Shown in pieces: positions 39,559 through 50,245 of a DNA stretch of 64,000 bases. The translations under genes and the position numbers were made by a program. The DNA lies in assembly GCA_019358935.1 (NCBI GenBank), contig JAHHIK010000028.1, positions 9,186-73,185 on the forward strand, read 5' to 3'. The notes under the pieces are model-generated. The model saw only the letters and a list, made by a program, of their open reading frames with translations. It did not search any database and had not been told where the DNA came from. Origin of the DNA: Tolypothrix carrinoi HA7290-LM1 (lineage in GTDB: Bacteria; Cyanobacteriota; Cyanobacteriia; Cyanobacteriales; Nostocaceae). Numbering within the stretch: position 1 is the stretch's first letter; each line of letters opens with the position of its first letter.

Positions 39559-40136
39559 AGGGAAGAAATATTTTATTTTTTAACTCTTCTGCTTGCCCCT
39601 TTTCCTAAATTATGAAATAAGTTAGAACTTACGCATTGACAGAAAGTTGAGCATGTGCATTCAAGCCCACCTTTTGTGAAGATGTTCCAGAATGAAATCA
39701 CGAGCAATCAATAATGTCCTAACCTAATCAGTTCAGAAATACGCTGCTCGAATAGGTCGCTTCTTTCCCGGCTTTGGGGGGAGCGAGTATGAATGTAGGT
39801 TGCGATCGCTCTCACCATAACGTTGAAACTTTCTAAGATTACTGAGGCTCAAACAAATCATTTCCGATCCAATCAATACGATCGTTATCTCACAACAAAT
39901 CCCCTTTGATTGTTTGCAGTCTAAATTCCCAATATTGGGCATCTGCAAAGCGCAAAAATCAATTCAGATGTTTCAAATTGGCAGACGATTTAATAGTTTT
40001 TTAGTAGACAATTCTAAAACTTTCCTCTCTCTACGGGGCTAAGTTGAAGTATAGAATTGCGATCGCTTTAAGCAACAGCCACGTATAAATCAGCTTGTGC
40101 TTCTTGCCAGAGCTATGGCTAAAGTCGAATTTAATT

Positions 40137-40353
40137 AGCAAAATGGCATTTGACTTACTCAAAATGAACTTTTGCTTTCTCATTTTGGTGTTTTCCGCAA
40201 GCAAAATGGCATTTGACTTACTCAAAATAAGCTTTTGCTTTCTCATTTTGGTGTTTTCCGCAAGCAAAATGGCATTTGACTTACTCATTTTGGTGTTTTC
40301 CGCAAGCAAAATGGCATTTGACTTACTCATTTCAGTGTTTTCCGCAAGCAAAA
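40137..40353. repeat. Tandem repeat built from 21-bp modules (63, 63, 42, 42 bp units)
   Basis: GCAAAATGGCATTTGACTTACTC recurs four times. Confidence 0.9.
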
Positions 40354-40475
40354 CGCGCTGGCTCCAATTTCGCGTCTCTACAATTAGGACTCATATTTGA
40401 TTTTTGAAATATACGTAAAAGCCGCCTAGAATCATCTAGACGGCGTTTAATTGAGTCTAAAATTGGAAATGGCTA

Positions 40476-41270
40476 TTAACCGGTACGTGGGATGCGCTCA
40501 ATCTCAGCATAACCACTAAAAATCAACTGTTTCCCTTCAGTTTCTAAACGGTTAAGCCGCATTTTTACTCCATCCAAGTCAAAGCGATCTAAATCGACCA
40601 TATTATCCAAAATATCTGCTAGTGCTACGCTCAAGGTTCTAGATATTTCCTTTTGCGCTTCTGGTATCGAGTCAAGTTCAATTTGCGGATCTTTAAAAGA
40701 AACACGCCGACGCCTTTCAATAGCTATAGTTACAGTCATATCCAAAGGCACAAGTTCGCTGTCACCTAAATCTGCCTTTGCGAAAATCCGCAGGCGATTT
40801 TCTGGCAATAATTCTACCTGGATTTCTGGAAAAGATACTGGATTACCGCCTGATAATTGAGTTAAGGCAGGTACAGTGAGGTTTAACAGACGTTTTTTAA
40901 CAAGTTCTGCCTTAAAAGAGTAGTTAATGCCTTCTTCTGATAAAACGACTTTAGCGATCGCTTGAGTTGGTTGCTTGAGAGTTAGTTTACCACCCAAAAC
41001 CGAGCCAAAATCAATCGATACAGCATCGGTTTCTACAGAAATTTCGTCTGCGGGGAAATCTTTGCGAATCACTACGCCACTTGCGTTCATTTTAAAGCTA
41101 TCAATGCTGCCTTGCAACAGTTTGCTGGAGGGATAGCAGCGCACAAAGACTTCTACTGATTCGCTTTGGCTAAACAGATGGCGAATCGTTTGGCTAGCTA
41201 CAGTATTGAGCATCCGCTCTCCCCAATCTGTGCCTTTGGGATCTTTTAAACCAGTAATTCCGCCGAACAT
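40476..41270 (-). CDS. DUF2993/LmeA-like phospholipid-binding protein
   Basis: PSSKLLQGSIDSF..VSIDFG..LKQP. Confidence 0.75.
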   Translation of the reverse strand: MFGGITGLKDPKGTDWGERMLNTVASQTIRHLFSQSESVEVFVRCYPSSKLLQGSIDSFKMNASGVVIRKDFPADEISVETDAVSIDFGSVLGGKLTLKQPTQAIAKVVLSEEGINYSFKAELVKKRLLNLTVPALTQLSGGNPVSFPEIQVELLPENRLRIFAKADLGDSELVPLDMTVTIAIERRRRVSFKDPQIELDSIPEAQKEISRTLSVALADILDNMVDLDRFDLDGVKMRLNRLETEGKQLIFSGYAEIERIPRTG

Positions 41271-41513
41271 GTGGTTTTGCGTCTCTAGAAGTTATTTGTA
41301 TTTTTGTAACAAATTGTGAATATTATTGCAACTATCAGTTTATAGGTTGTGCTGATGATGATGTCGGGGATCGCTAATAATGGCGATCGTCTGCTTCTAG
41401 TCTAGACTTTAGTTTTCAAATTTTTCTGCAAAAAACGCAGCCAATCGTGCAGCATTGATACTTCCTGCTGTTTATGCTATCTTTAGATAGCATTAAAAAG
41501 AAAGTTTAGAGTT

Positions 41514-42548
41514 GTGATGAAATTAGCTATCAATAAAATTCATCTTGGCGATGCACGCGATTTGTTAGCTAAGGTGGAGTTAAACTCTATTGCTTGCAGT
41601 GTGTGGTCTCCACCTTACTTTGTCGGGAAGCAATATGAAAAATATTTGTCTTATGAAGAATGGATTTCGCTACTGAGAGCAGTGATTCGCCACCATCAAT
41701 TTCTGCTTAAACCAGGGGGATTTTTAGTTATTAATATTGCTGATATCCTCTGCTTTGCAGATGAATCAATGCCTCGAATTCAAGCACAGAATATAAGACG
41801 ACAGCGATGTACTGTTACCCGCGAAGATGTACTTCAGGCTAAAGCGCATCATCCAGACTACAACCGATATGATCTGGCAAAACTTCTTGGTTGCAGTGAA
41901 CAAACTATTGATCGTAGGCTAAACGGTAATAATATTCGAGGTGGAAAGTATAATACCCAGACACGAGTTCATCTAGTAGGTAGCATCATTGAGAGTGCGG
42001 CAACAGAAGCAGGTTTGTACCTTTACGATCGCCGCGTTTGGGTGAAGGATGCAGCGTGGGAAAACTCTAAATGGCATACTTTGTCTTACAGATCCGTCGA
42101 TGAGTTTGAGTATCTTTATTTTTTCTGGAAACCTGGTGAAACAGTTGTAGATCGTCACAGGCTAACGCCAGATGAGTGGGTAGAGTGGGGATCTCGTGGC
42201 GTGTGGAATATTCCCTCTGTTCGTGCCAACAATGACCACGAAGCGAAGTTTCCCATCGAGCTGCCCCGACGTATCATCAAGCTTCTAACAGATCCAGGAG
42301 ATATCGTACTTGATTGTTTTATGGGAAGCGGTTCAAGTGCTGTAGCTGCGATCCGAGAGAAACGAAATTATATCGGCATTGAGCTTGAGCCAAAGTACGT
42401 TGAAATAGCTACTAGGTCATGTGTACAAGAAAGCGAGAAGATGGCATTATTTGCCCAGAGCAACATTAATAAAGGCTCTCAACCAAATGAACATACTGCC
42501 ATACAGTTAAACGGACACAAACAGCTTTCTTTATTAAACGAGGTGTAG
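41514..42548 (+). CDS. N4-cytosine DNA methyltransferase, M.BglI-like
   Basis: WSPPY motif IV, HEAKFP, DCFMGSGS motif I; convergent with the endonuclease gene. Confidence 0.9.
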   Translation: MMKLAINKIHLGDARDLLAKVELNSIACSVWSPPYFVGKQYEKYLSYEEWISLLRAVIRHHQFLLKPGGFLVINIADILCFADESMPRIQAQNIRRQRCTVTREDVLQAKAHHPDYNRYDLAKLLGCSEQTIDRRLNGNNIRGGKYNTQTRVHLVGSIIESAATEAGLYLYDRRVWVKDAAWENSKWHTLSYRSVDEFEYLYFFWKPGETVVDRHRLTPDEWVEWGSRGVWNIPSVRANNDHEAKFPIELPRRIIKLLTDPGDIVLDCFMGSGSSAVAAIREKRNYIGIELEPKYVEIATRSCVQESEKMALFAQSNINKGSQPNEHTAIQLNGHKQLSLLNEV

Positions 42549-43406
42549 TTACTTCATTGGCAGACGAGGGACGACTTTCCACTCATCATCGCTTAGTATA
42601 ATCTTCTGGCAACGCCATCCATCACTAATAGATGCCAGGGGATCAAGACGCACACGTATTCGTTTAACGTGTTCGGGAGTATCTTTAGTGTCTTTCCCTG
42701 GAATTAGTAAACCAGGCGTTCGAGCATACATCAGTCCATCAAACATCAACAATCCATTGGGAACACACACTACTTCCAGGTAATGCAACGGCTGTACGCC
42801 AAAATCCTCAACAACATAAACAACCTTAAGAAAGTACGTCAGGCAGAGTCTCTCGGTTCCATCCAAGACATAAAACGGTGGTAACTTAGGTTGAAAGATA
42901 ATGGATCTGCGCTTGCCGACAACAGGAAAAGGCTTGTTTAGCATCCCAGTATCCCAAAAAGCACCGTCCCCGGATATTTGTTGTGGAGGAACAACAACTT
43001 CATCAGTGTTGTCATTGGGTCCGGTCATCTTGACATCAAAATGAATGAGCGCATCTTCAGTTGCAAAGCGGACATCACCACCGAATGGAAGACCAGGAAA
43101 AGTAATGGCTATATGAGTTTGAGAGATGGCACGCACAAGATTAAAACTGAGTGACTTCTCACCCACCTCGCTCCAAGGAATAGATTTTCCCGTCGGTTTT
43201 CTGCCACGTTGTCTCGGAGCATAGTCTATCCAGAACGGTAAAAGGTCATTCGCTCTACCAAAATCGTTGTACAAATTACTTGCAGCCTTGAGGGTAACGC
43301 CCACTAAAAAATCCATGTATTTCTGTTCTTGGGCGATAATATCATCTTGCTTTAGGAGTAACTTCGAGCGAATAGCAGCACAATCAGCTTGGGTCAACAC
43401 GATCAA
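42549..43406 (-). CDS. Type II restriction endonuclease, BglI family
   Basis: PFWIDYAPRQRGRKP..IPWSEVGEK, GLPFGGD.R, DVKMTGP.D, QISGDG, VPNGL, PGKD..KRIRV align with the recalled R.BglI sequence. Confidence 0.85.
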   Translation of the reverse strand: MIVLTQADCAAIRSKLLLKQDDIIAQEQKYMDFLVGVTLKAASNLYNDFGRANDLLPFWIDYAPRQRGRKPTGKSIPWSEVGEKSLSFNLVRAISQTHIAITFPGLPFGGDVRFATEDALIHFDVKMTGPNDNTDEVVVPPQQISGDGAFWDTGMLNKPFPVVGKRRSIIFQPKLPPFYVLDGTERLCLTYFLKVVYVVEDFGVQPLHYLEVVCVPNGLLMFDGLMYARTPGLLIPGKDTKDTPEHVKRIRVRLDPLASISDGWRCQKIILSDDEWKVVPRLPMK

Positions 43407-43620
43407 GTTCCTGAAAAAGTTGAGCTAATGTTAACCCAAGTGCCTGGGCGATTTTATTTGCTGTTTCAATGGTGATCGTTTTTTCGCCACGCTCAATAAA
43501 GCCTATGTAAGTACGATGTAACCCACATAAGTCTGCAAATTCCTCCTGTGACATTTTGGTTTGAAGGCGAAGTTGTCGAATCAGAATACCTAGCCTTACA
43601 GCTAGGGGTTTTTCTTCCAT
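43384..43620 (-). CDS. R-M controller (C) protein, XRE helix-turn-helix
   Basis: SQEEFADLCGLHRTYIGFIERGEKTITI; overlaps the endonuclease start. Confidence 0.9.
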   Translation of the reverse strand: MEEKPLAVRLGILIRQLRLQTKMSQEEFADLCGLHRTYIGFIERGEKTITIETANKIAQALGLTLAQLFQELDRVDPS

Positions 43621-43645
43621 AATGTTGAGAACATAAGGGAGAGTA

Positions 43646-43671
43646 AGTTAAAGGTCTACATACTATAGATA
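43646..43671 (-). promoter_or_regulatory. Degenerate C-box operator
   Basis: TATC-TAT-AGTA-TGTA-GACC-TTT-AACT versus PvuII-type GACT-nnn-AGTC-TGTA-GACT-nnn-AGTC; 25 nt upstream of the C gene ATG. Confidence 0.55.
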
Positions 43672-43732
43672 GCATTAATTGGTACATAACACTTGGTTGG
43701 ACTCTTCACGCCCTGCGATCGCGCTTCTTTCA

Positions 43733-46700
43733 TCAGTTCCACCTTTTGAAATTTTTCCGTAAATAACGCAACCGCATTAAGACAGGCTTTGCCCACTTCC
43801 CAGGTTGAAATTCATGCAGGAGAATGTACAAACAAGGGATGATAAATAAAGTCATCAAAGTAGCGATCGCCATTCCAAAGAAAACGACAATCCCCAACGG
43901 TTGCAAAAACTCTGAGCCTTCGCCAATGCCCAAAGCTAAAGGAAACAGTCCTAAAATGGTAGTGACTGTAGTCATCATAATCGGGCGCAAGCGTTGCGGA
44001 GCGGCTTTGAGGATGGCGATTTGACGAGTACAATTTTCTTCTTCGCGAATTTGGTTCGCTGATTCCACCATCAAGATACCCGCATTTACCACAATTCCCA
44101 CTAGCAAGACTACACCAACGATTACCGTAGCACCAATCGCAGTTTTAGTAATGTAAAGTCCAAAAATCCCGCCGGCTAACGCTAGCGGTACAGTAAACAT
44201 GATTACTAACGGATCGAGCAGCGAATTGTATTGTACAGCCATAACGACGAAGATGAGGAAAACTGCTAAAGCTCCTAAAGTTTTCAAAGCATCTTGAAGT
44301 TGTTGATTAGTTTCTTGAGCGGAACTAGGAACAATCGAAACGCCTTCAGGTAATTTTATACTTTGGAGTACTTGATTCACTTCGGCGAGCGCTTCACCAA
44401 GACTCGCTTCCTCGCTCAGGTTGCCTGCAATAATAAAAGCTTGACGTTGATTAATTCGCTGCACTTCACCAGGAGCTTGACCTTCTTCAATTCGGGCAAC
44501 ATCCAAAAGGCGAATTTGTTTGTTATTTTCTGTAAATAGCGGTAATCCTTCGAGCTGAGAGGGACGCTGAATTGCTTCAGTATTTAGTTGCACCCGCACA
44601 TCAACCAAACGGTTGCCGCGTTGAATTTGCGTGGGAACTGAACCTTCAATTGCTGTCTGAATGGTTGCACCAATTTGTTGTGCCGTCAGTCCTAGGTCTG
44701 CAACTCGTTCCCAATCGGGACGAATTTGTATTTCTGGTTGCCGGGGATCGGCATCTGGTCGGAATTTAGCTGATGTTGCTTTTTCTTCTAAAGCTTGCAG
44801 GACTTGAGCGCCAGCTTGTCGTAATTTTTCTTCATCTTCACTTTGCAGGATAACATCAATTTCCGATCCTTGCGCTGGGGTATTACTCAAGATTAAACCG
44901 CGCACCTGACCGGGACTCAGACGCAAGAGAATTCCTGCCAAGTTGAGTTTGTTTAATTGCTGAGTAACTTTTTGAACGTACTTTTCTACATCTGTGCCTT
45001 CTTTAAGATTGATGGTGCTGCTTGCCCGTAAAGGATTTTCGCTAGTATTATTACCAAATAAAGAACCGCCTACTGTGGTGAAAGCATACTCAGTTTCTGG
45101 TTGTTTCATCAAAATGTCATCGACAACTTGCATCACTTTTTGAGAAGTTACCAAAGGTGTACCGGGTGGAAACTGCGCTCTCAAGTTGGCTTGTCCGGTA
45201 CTGATGCGGGGTAAAATTTCTTGGGGAATTTGACCAACCATGAAAAAGCTGCTACCACCGAGAATCAGCAAAGCAGCGGTGACTACAATTAAGCGAAAGC
45301 GTAAAATCTTTCTTAAAAAGCTGGCGTACAAGCGCGTAGCATCTTCAAAACGGCGATTAAACTGTCTAAGCAGCCAAAATTTACTTATACCACTAGACCA
45401 ACGGATTGCCAGCAGTCGAGAAGTTAGCATTGGGACGACTGTAACAGCAACGACTAGGGAAGCAGCTACGGCAAAGGCAATTGTCAGAATCAGTTCATTA
45501 AATAATAGTGAGATAAAGCCACCAATTAAGAGAAATGGTACGACAGAAACCAAGTTAGCGGCAGTAGCAGCAACTAACGCCGATTCTACTTCTTGGGAAG
45601 AAGCGATCGCACTTTCAATAAAGAATTTTGAATTCTCCTTGTCCCCAAGTCTCCTTGTCTCCTTATCTCCCTCTCTCTGGTTGGGAGTTTTGCCGGCTTT
45701 TTCGGAAATATTTTCTAAAATGACAACCGATGTATCAATTGCTTGACCAATTCCTAAAGTCAGACCTGCTAAACTAAATACATTTAAACTCAAGCCAAAC
45801 AATTTCATCATGGCGATCGCTGCTAAACTACACAGCGGAATTGCCAGACTAATAATAAATGTTTGTCGTAATGACCCCAAAAATAACAGCACTGCTGCTG
45901 CTGCCAACAATGCTCCAGAAATCGCATTAAAAATTACATCATTTAAAGAATTGCGGATGAAGCGAGATTCATCTGTGGTGGCGGTCAAAACCATATCCGC
46001 TGGGATTAACCCTGACTGTCGCAGTTGTTCAATCCGCTGCTTCACGCCATCTACAACCGTAATTGTGTTAGCATCAGGCTGCTTTTGGACGGACAATTTC
46101 ACCGCTGGCTGACGGTTGAGGTAGACAGATACTCGTTGGTCTTCTGTGCCGTCAATTACCTCGGCAAAGTCTCGCAGATAGACGCGACGGGAGGGAGGAG
46201 GGGGAGTGGTGGAAGTGGGGGAAGAGACTTCAAGCGAGAGGTTTTCAATTTCCTTAGCATCTCGGAATCTGCCGACGGTGCGCGTTAATGGCTCGGAATT
46301 CTGCCCCAAAATCCGACCGCCAGAAGTATCTTGGTTACGCTCTGTTAGTTCATCGAGTACATCGGTTAAGCCAATATTTAATGCTTGTAGACGGTTTAAG
46401 TCAACCAGCACTCGCACTTCTTCTTCTGCCGCACCAGATACATCAACTGCGGCGACTCCTGGTATAACACTGAGTTCCCGCGATAATTCTTCATCGGCAA
46501 ACACGCGTAAATCTTTACCTTGAAGTGAGGTAGATGTCAGTGCTAATTCGTAAATTGGTAATTGGGAGGGATCGACTTTAAATAAGCGTGGCTCTTCGAT
46601 GGTCTCTGGTAACTGTCCTCTGCCTCGGTTAAAAGCTGCGGTAGCATCGTTGAGAGCCTGGTCAATATCGCCTCCGGGTTCAAAGAATAAATCGAGGCTG

Positions 46701-46990
46701 ACCTGTCCTTCACGAGTGCGGGAAAAAACTTGTACTACATTCTCGGTTGCGGATAAAGCTTCTTCTAGGGGTCTGGTGATTTCATCTACTGCTACTTCGG
46801 GGGAAATACCCGGTGCTTCTAGCCGCACACCAATTCGCGGGTAGGTAATTGCTGGCAAAAGGTCTACTTGGATGGTTGTCATAAAGTATATCCCCATGAC
46901 AATCACTGCTAGGGTGAGCATGAGTGTGCCGATATGTTGGCGGATAGCGATCGCGCTAATACTTAATCCGCTTACTTTAGCTTGCTGCAT
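43733..46990 (-). CDS. RND efflux permease (AcrB/AcrD/AcrF family)
   Basis: 1085 aa; VDLLPAITYP, RLRPIMMT..PLALGIGEGSE..PL. Confidence 0.95.
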   Translation of the reverse strand: MQQAKVSGLSISAIAIRQHIGTLMLTLAVIVMGIYFMTTIQVDLLPAITYPRIGVRLEAPGISPEVAVDEITRPLEEALSATENVVQVFSRTREGQVSLDLFFEPGGDIDQALNDATAAFNRGRGQLPETIEEPRLFKVDPSQLPIYELALTSTSLQGKDLRVFADEELSRELSVIPGVAAVDVSGAAEEEVRVLVDLNRLQALNIGLTDVLDELTERNQDTSGGRILGQNSEPLTRTVGRFRDAKEIENLSLEVSSPTSTTPPPPSRRVYLRDFAEVIDGTEDQRVSVYLNRQPAVKLSVQKQPDANTITVVDGVKQRIEQLRQSGLIPADMVLTATTDESRFIRNSLNDVIFNAISGALLAAAAVLLFLGSLRQTFIISLAIPLCSLAAIAMMKLFGLSLNVFSLAGLTLGIGQAIDTSVVILENISEKAGKTPNQREGDKETRRLGDKENSKFFIESAIASSQEVESALVAATAANLVSVVPFLLIGGFISLLFNELILTIAFAVAASLVVAVTVVPMLTSRLLAIRWSSGISKFWLLRQFNRRFEDATRLYASFLRKILRFRLIVVTAALLILGGSSFFMVGQIPQEILPRISTGQANLRAQFPPGTPLVTSQKVMQVVDDILMKQPETEYAFTTVGGSLFGNNTSENPLRASSTINLKEGTDVEKYVQKVTQQLNKLNLAGILLRLSPGQVRGLILSNTPAQGSEIDVILQSEDEEKLRQAGAQVLQALEEKATSAKFRPDADPRQPEIQIRPDWERVADLGLTAQQIGATIQTAIEGSVPTQIQRGNRLVDVRVQLNTEAIQRPSQLEGLPLFTENNKQIRLLDVARIEEGQAPGEVQRINQRQAFIIAGNLSEEASLGEALAEVNQVLQSIKLPEGVSIVPSSAQETNQQLQDALKTLGALAVFLIFVVMAVQYNSLLDPLVIMFTVPLALAGGIFGLYITKTAIGATVIVGVVLLVGIVVNAGILMVESANQIREEENCTRQIAILKAAPQRLRPIMMTTVTTILGLFPLALGIGEGSEFLQPLGIVVFFGMAIATLMTLFIIPCLYILLHEFQPGKWAKPVLMRLRYLRKNFKRWN

Positions 46991-47042
46991 CTGTCGCTCC
47001 GCTCCAATTCAAAATGCAAAATTCAAAATTCAAAATTAATTT

Positions 47043-48557
47043 TTAATTTCTTTTAGCGCTTGATGGTTTCTCGGAAATAATCGAAATCCGCACATCTTGC
47101 CCATCTTTTAACGGATTACCACTCCGCACCACATAAGATTCTCCCGGTTTTAAGCCGGATAAAATTTCTACTTTGCTGTCGGCTCTTTCTCCTAGCGTCA
47201 CGGTTCTAGCTGTAACTTTTGGTTTACCATCTGTGTTATTTATGACAAATACTGTACCGTTGCGATTTTGGTTTGGGGTTTCTCTGTTGGTGGGAGAGGG
47301 CGGGGAAACCCCGCCGCTACGTTGTGTTTGTGCGTTTTGTTGTGCCTGAATCGCTGTTTGGGGTATGACTACTCGCTGTTGTGCGGTGCTTTGAAAATTC
47401 ACCCGCGCTAGCAATCCGCTGCCAATTTTGCCATCAGTGTTGGGAATTTCCACCTCAACTGGCACTAAGCGAGCTGTTACATCTGCGGCTGGGGAAATGC
47501 GTATTACTCGACCGGTGTATTTTTTATTTGGAAAGGCATCTAAACTGACTTCCACAGATTGTCCAAGTTGAATTTTTCCCAGTTCTAATTCCGAAACTTG
47601 AACGACAACTTTCGCACGGCTAAAGTCACCTATTTTCAAGATTTCATTCCCAGGTTGAACAAGATTGCCCGGTTCTGTGACTTTTTCTGTGATTACGCCG
47701 GCAATGGGAGATATCAGCTTTGCATAAGACCGGCGCTCTTTGGCTTCAGCAACTAATGCTTGTTGGGCAACAACTCGACCTTGAGCTGCGGCAACGGCTT
47801 GCTGTTCTGTCCGGACTTGCTCAGTAGCTGCACGGAGTACTTGGGCAGCAGTTCGCGCTTCTGTTTGTGATTGTTCGGCGGCTTGTAGGGCGATCGCTCC
47901 TTCTTTTAATAGCTTCTGTTGCCGTTGTGAGTCTGCTTGTGCTTGTACTAATACTAGTCTTAATCGTTCTACTTCTGCACGCGCATTACTTACCTGAGTT
48001 CTCGCTCTTGCTACTTCTGATTTTAAAGATGCTAATTCCGCTTCTGCTTGCTTTAATGCTGTTAATAATAAGGCATCATCTAATTGTCCGATGACTTGCC
48101 CGCTTTTGACGGCACTGCCAATATCTACATTTAATGCTAAAAGTCGTCCTTCAACTTGCGATCGCAGCGACACAACCCGAAATGCATTCGTAGTGCCTGT
48201 ATACTCTGGTTGTTGTCGCAGCAATTCTGTGCGGGCGATCGCTACATCTACTGCCGTTGCATTATTACCCTGTTCCTTACCACTACCACGCTGAGATTGT
48301 GCGTCAGCCGACTCTTTGGGAAGTGAGCCGCAACTCATCGTTAACAGTCCTACTCCTAACACACAGGCAATTAATTTGATAGAGGATACGGGAGAATCGG
48401 GAGAAAGAGTTATCTGTTTACCTCCTTGTCTCCTTGTGTACTTATGCGGCATATTTCTGTCCAAAATCAATTTTTTGCTATATTGGGGCGGTTTTAAGCT
48501 AAGACAGCCGTTTATTACCAAGTAATCTTGATATATATCACTTATAAAAAAAGGCAA
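47043..48557 (-). CDS. RND periplasmic adaptor (membrane fusion protein); start uncertain
   Basis: Lipobox-like LTMSC, lipoyl halves (SQVEGRL; SPIAGVI), coiled coil, VEILSGLKPGE. Confidence 0.9.
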   Translation of the reverse strand: MPFFISDIYQDYLVINGCLSLKPPQYSKKLILDRNMPHKYTRRQGGKQITLSPDSPVSSIKLIACVLGVGLLTMSCGSLPKESADAQSQRGSGKEQGNNATAVDVAIARTELLRQQPEYTGTTNAFRVVSLRSQVEGRLLALNVDIGSAVKSGQVIGQLDDALLLTALKQAEAELASLKSEVARARTQVSNARAEVERLRLVLVQAQADSQRQQKLLKEGAIALQAAEQSQTEARTAAQVLRAATEQVRTEQQAVAAAQGRVVAQQALVAEAKERRSYAKLISPIAGVITEKVTEPGNLVQPGNEILKIGDFSRAKVVVQVSELELGKIQLGQSVEVSLDAFPNKKYTGRVIRISPAADVTARLVPVEVEIPNTDGKIGSGLLARVNFQSTAQQRVVIPQTAIQAQQNAQTQRSGGVSPPSPTNRETPNQNRNGTVFVINNTDGKPKVTARTVTLGERADSKVEILSGLKPGESYVVRSGNPLKDGQDVRISIISEKPSSAKRN

Positions 48558-48955
48558 GAAAGCATAAGTCTGCTATCGTACTTCATTTTGTAGGAGAAAT
48601 CACTGCTTTTTGCAAAACAATGTTTCCATTAATACATATTTTTATGGGAACTAGAAAAAATAGATTCTAGATGAATTTATGCATTTACTGGCTAATTATA
48701 AAGATTTTTTAACTAAGCTTTACTCTGCCCCTAGTTAGAAAACTCTAACTACTGATTCGTGACTTTTTTCACTTCTATCTTTTGGCTTAAACTACTAGAA
48801 ATTTTTTATTTCTCGCGTTGTAGCGAAACTATCAGTAATTCTCGGATAATAGTGTTTAAATTAAGAAAAGTAAAGAAGTTAGATATTTAGTCCAAACATA
48901 ATGTAGTTGTCTGGACACCTGATTGTATATTGACATTGCGCGAGGAAGGCAACCT

Positions 48956-49492
48956 GTGACATCACCGCTATATTTTGCACAAACTGCTGAAGAATCCCAG
49001 ATTACAGAGTTTTTTATGGAATCGGTGGGACAGTGGCGTTCTGAACGGCGCTATTATACTCTCCCGGAGGGAGAAACAAAGGAGATGGTGAGTATAATTA
49101 CCATCCGTTTTTTAGAGCCGGGATGTGACGAGTTGCTTCATCTGGCGAGGATGCATAATTTGCCAGATATCGCAAGTTTAATTTGCGGTACGCACGTCAG
49201 TTGGGATACAAATTCAGTGACGGGAAAAAAGGAATCTAAAGGTTCAACGCTGTTTGGTGCTTTAGGAAGCACTTTATATCGCGATCGCGGTTTTGCCACA
49301 TCCAAACCAGTTACCGCGCAATATTATTTCCCCAACCCGAAAACTTTATGTTTGCGAACCGAGTACAATAATTCAGTATTCGAGGAAGAATTAAAGCTAA
49401 TTGGTGAAAAATACCGCACACGTCAATCAATTATCTCTCGTGCAGGTGAACAATTGATGATTGGGCAGTATTTAGAAAAAAGAATTGATTAA
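48956..49492 (+). CDS. CpcS/CpeS-family phycobiliprotein lyase (CpcV-like)
   Basis: FFMESVGQWRSERRY..LYRDRGF..EE..RTRQS; GTG start after GAGGAAGG. Confidence 0.85.
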   Translation: MTSPLYFAQTAEESQITEFFMESVGQWRSERRYYTLPEGETKEMVSIITIRFLEPGCDELLHLARMHNLPDIASLICGTHVSWDTNSVTGKKESKGSTLFGALGSTLYRDRGFATSKPVTAQYYFPNPKTLCLRTEYNNSVFEEELKLIGEKYRTRQSIISRAGEQLMIGQYLEKRID

Positions 49493-49579
49493 CGTAGTAG
49501 AGACGTTCCACACCGAACGTCTCTACTCGTGGTATGTTTAGTCTTTGACATAAGCGATGAATCGCTTACTACGAAAAAA

Positions 49580-50146
49580 TTATGCGCTTGTAGCTTCAGA
49601 TTGATTTAGTGCCGAACGCGCATTCAATGACAATCCGACGCGGGAAACACCGGTGAAGAGAACGCTGACACCGACAAGCGTACCGATGAGCCAAGGTGCA
49701 TTGAAGGGCCATTGGAACCAAATCATTGCGCCTAATATCAAAGTGATGATACCATCACCAAGTACCCAAGTCCAGTTTTGTTGCGGACGCAAGCGGAATG
49801 CAAGGATTAGCTCGAATACGCCTTCAGTTAACAAAAAGCTACCTAATAACAGAGTTAATGTGAGAATACCATTGAGAGGGTAAACAAACAGCATTATACC
49901 TGTGGCAATGTAAAGTCCGCTCAATAAAAGCTTCCAAACAAAGCCTCCTTGATTGCGAGTTTCAGTAGCGTAGACTAGTTTGGCAAATCCTGAAGAGATG
50001 AGAATCAAGGCAAACCAAGTCTCAGCGAAAATTGTTGAGACAGTAGGTAAAGCGATCGCCACAATTCCTAAAACAATTAAAAGAACGCCAATTACTAGCG
50101 ATCGATTAACATTCTTTTTGACATCACCAGAAACGTTGGTTGTCAT
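49580..50146 (-). CDS. HdeD/DUF308 family membrane protein
   Basis: Six hydrophobic segments; WP..APWLIGTLVGVS. Confidence 0.88.
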   Translation of the reverse strand: MTTNVSGDVKKNVNRSLVIGVLLIVLGIVAIALPTVSTIFAETWFALILISSGFAKLVYATETRNQGGFVWKLLLSGLYIATGIMLFVYPLNGILTLTLLLGSFLLTEGVFELILAFRLRPQQNWTWVLGDGIITLILGAMIWFQWPFNAPWLIGTLVGVSVLFTGVSRVGLSLNARSALNQSEATSA

Positions 50147-50245
50147 ACAATTTTTTCCCTGTGTTTTGTGTTGATACAATTAGGCTAGGGAATTTCTGAA
50201 CAACTTACGACAACCCTAAGATATACGTCATTTAGTTTAGATGTA

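Noticed and set aside
39620..40030. 71-aa ORF or possible pseudogene fragment
   Set aside because: No recognisable family; alternative frames contain stops, so no call can be supported.
40137..40353. Possible CRISPR array (also 63168-63405)
   Set aside because: The intervening sequences are themselves repeated, there are no unique spacers, and no cas genes are present.
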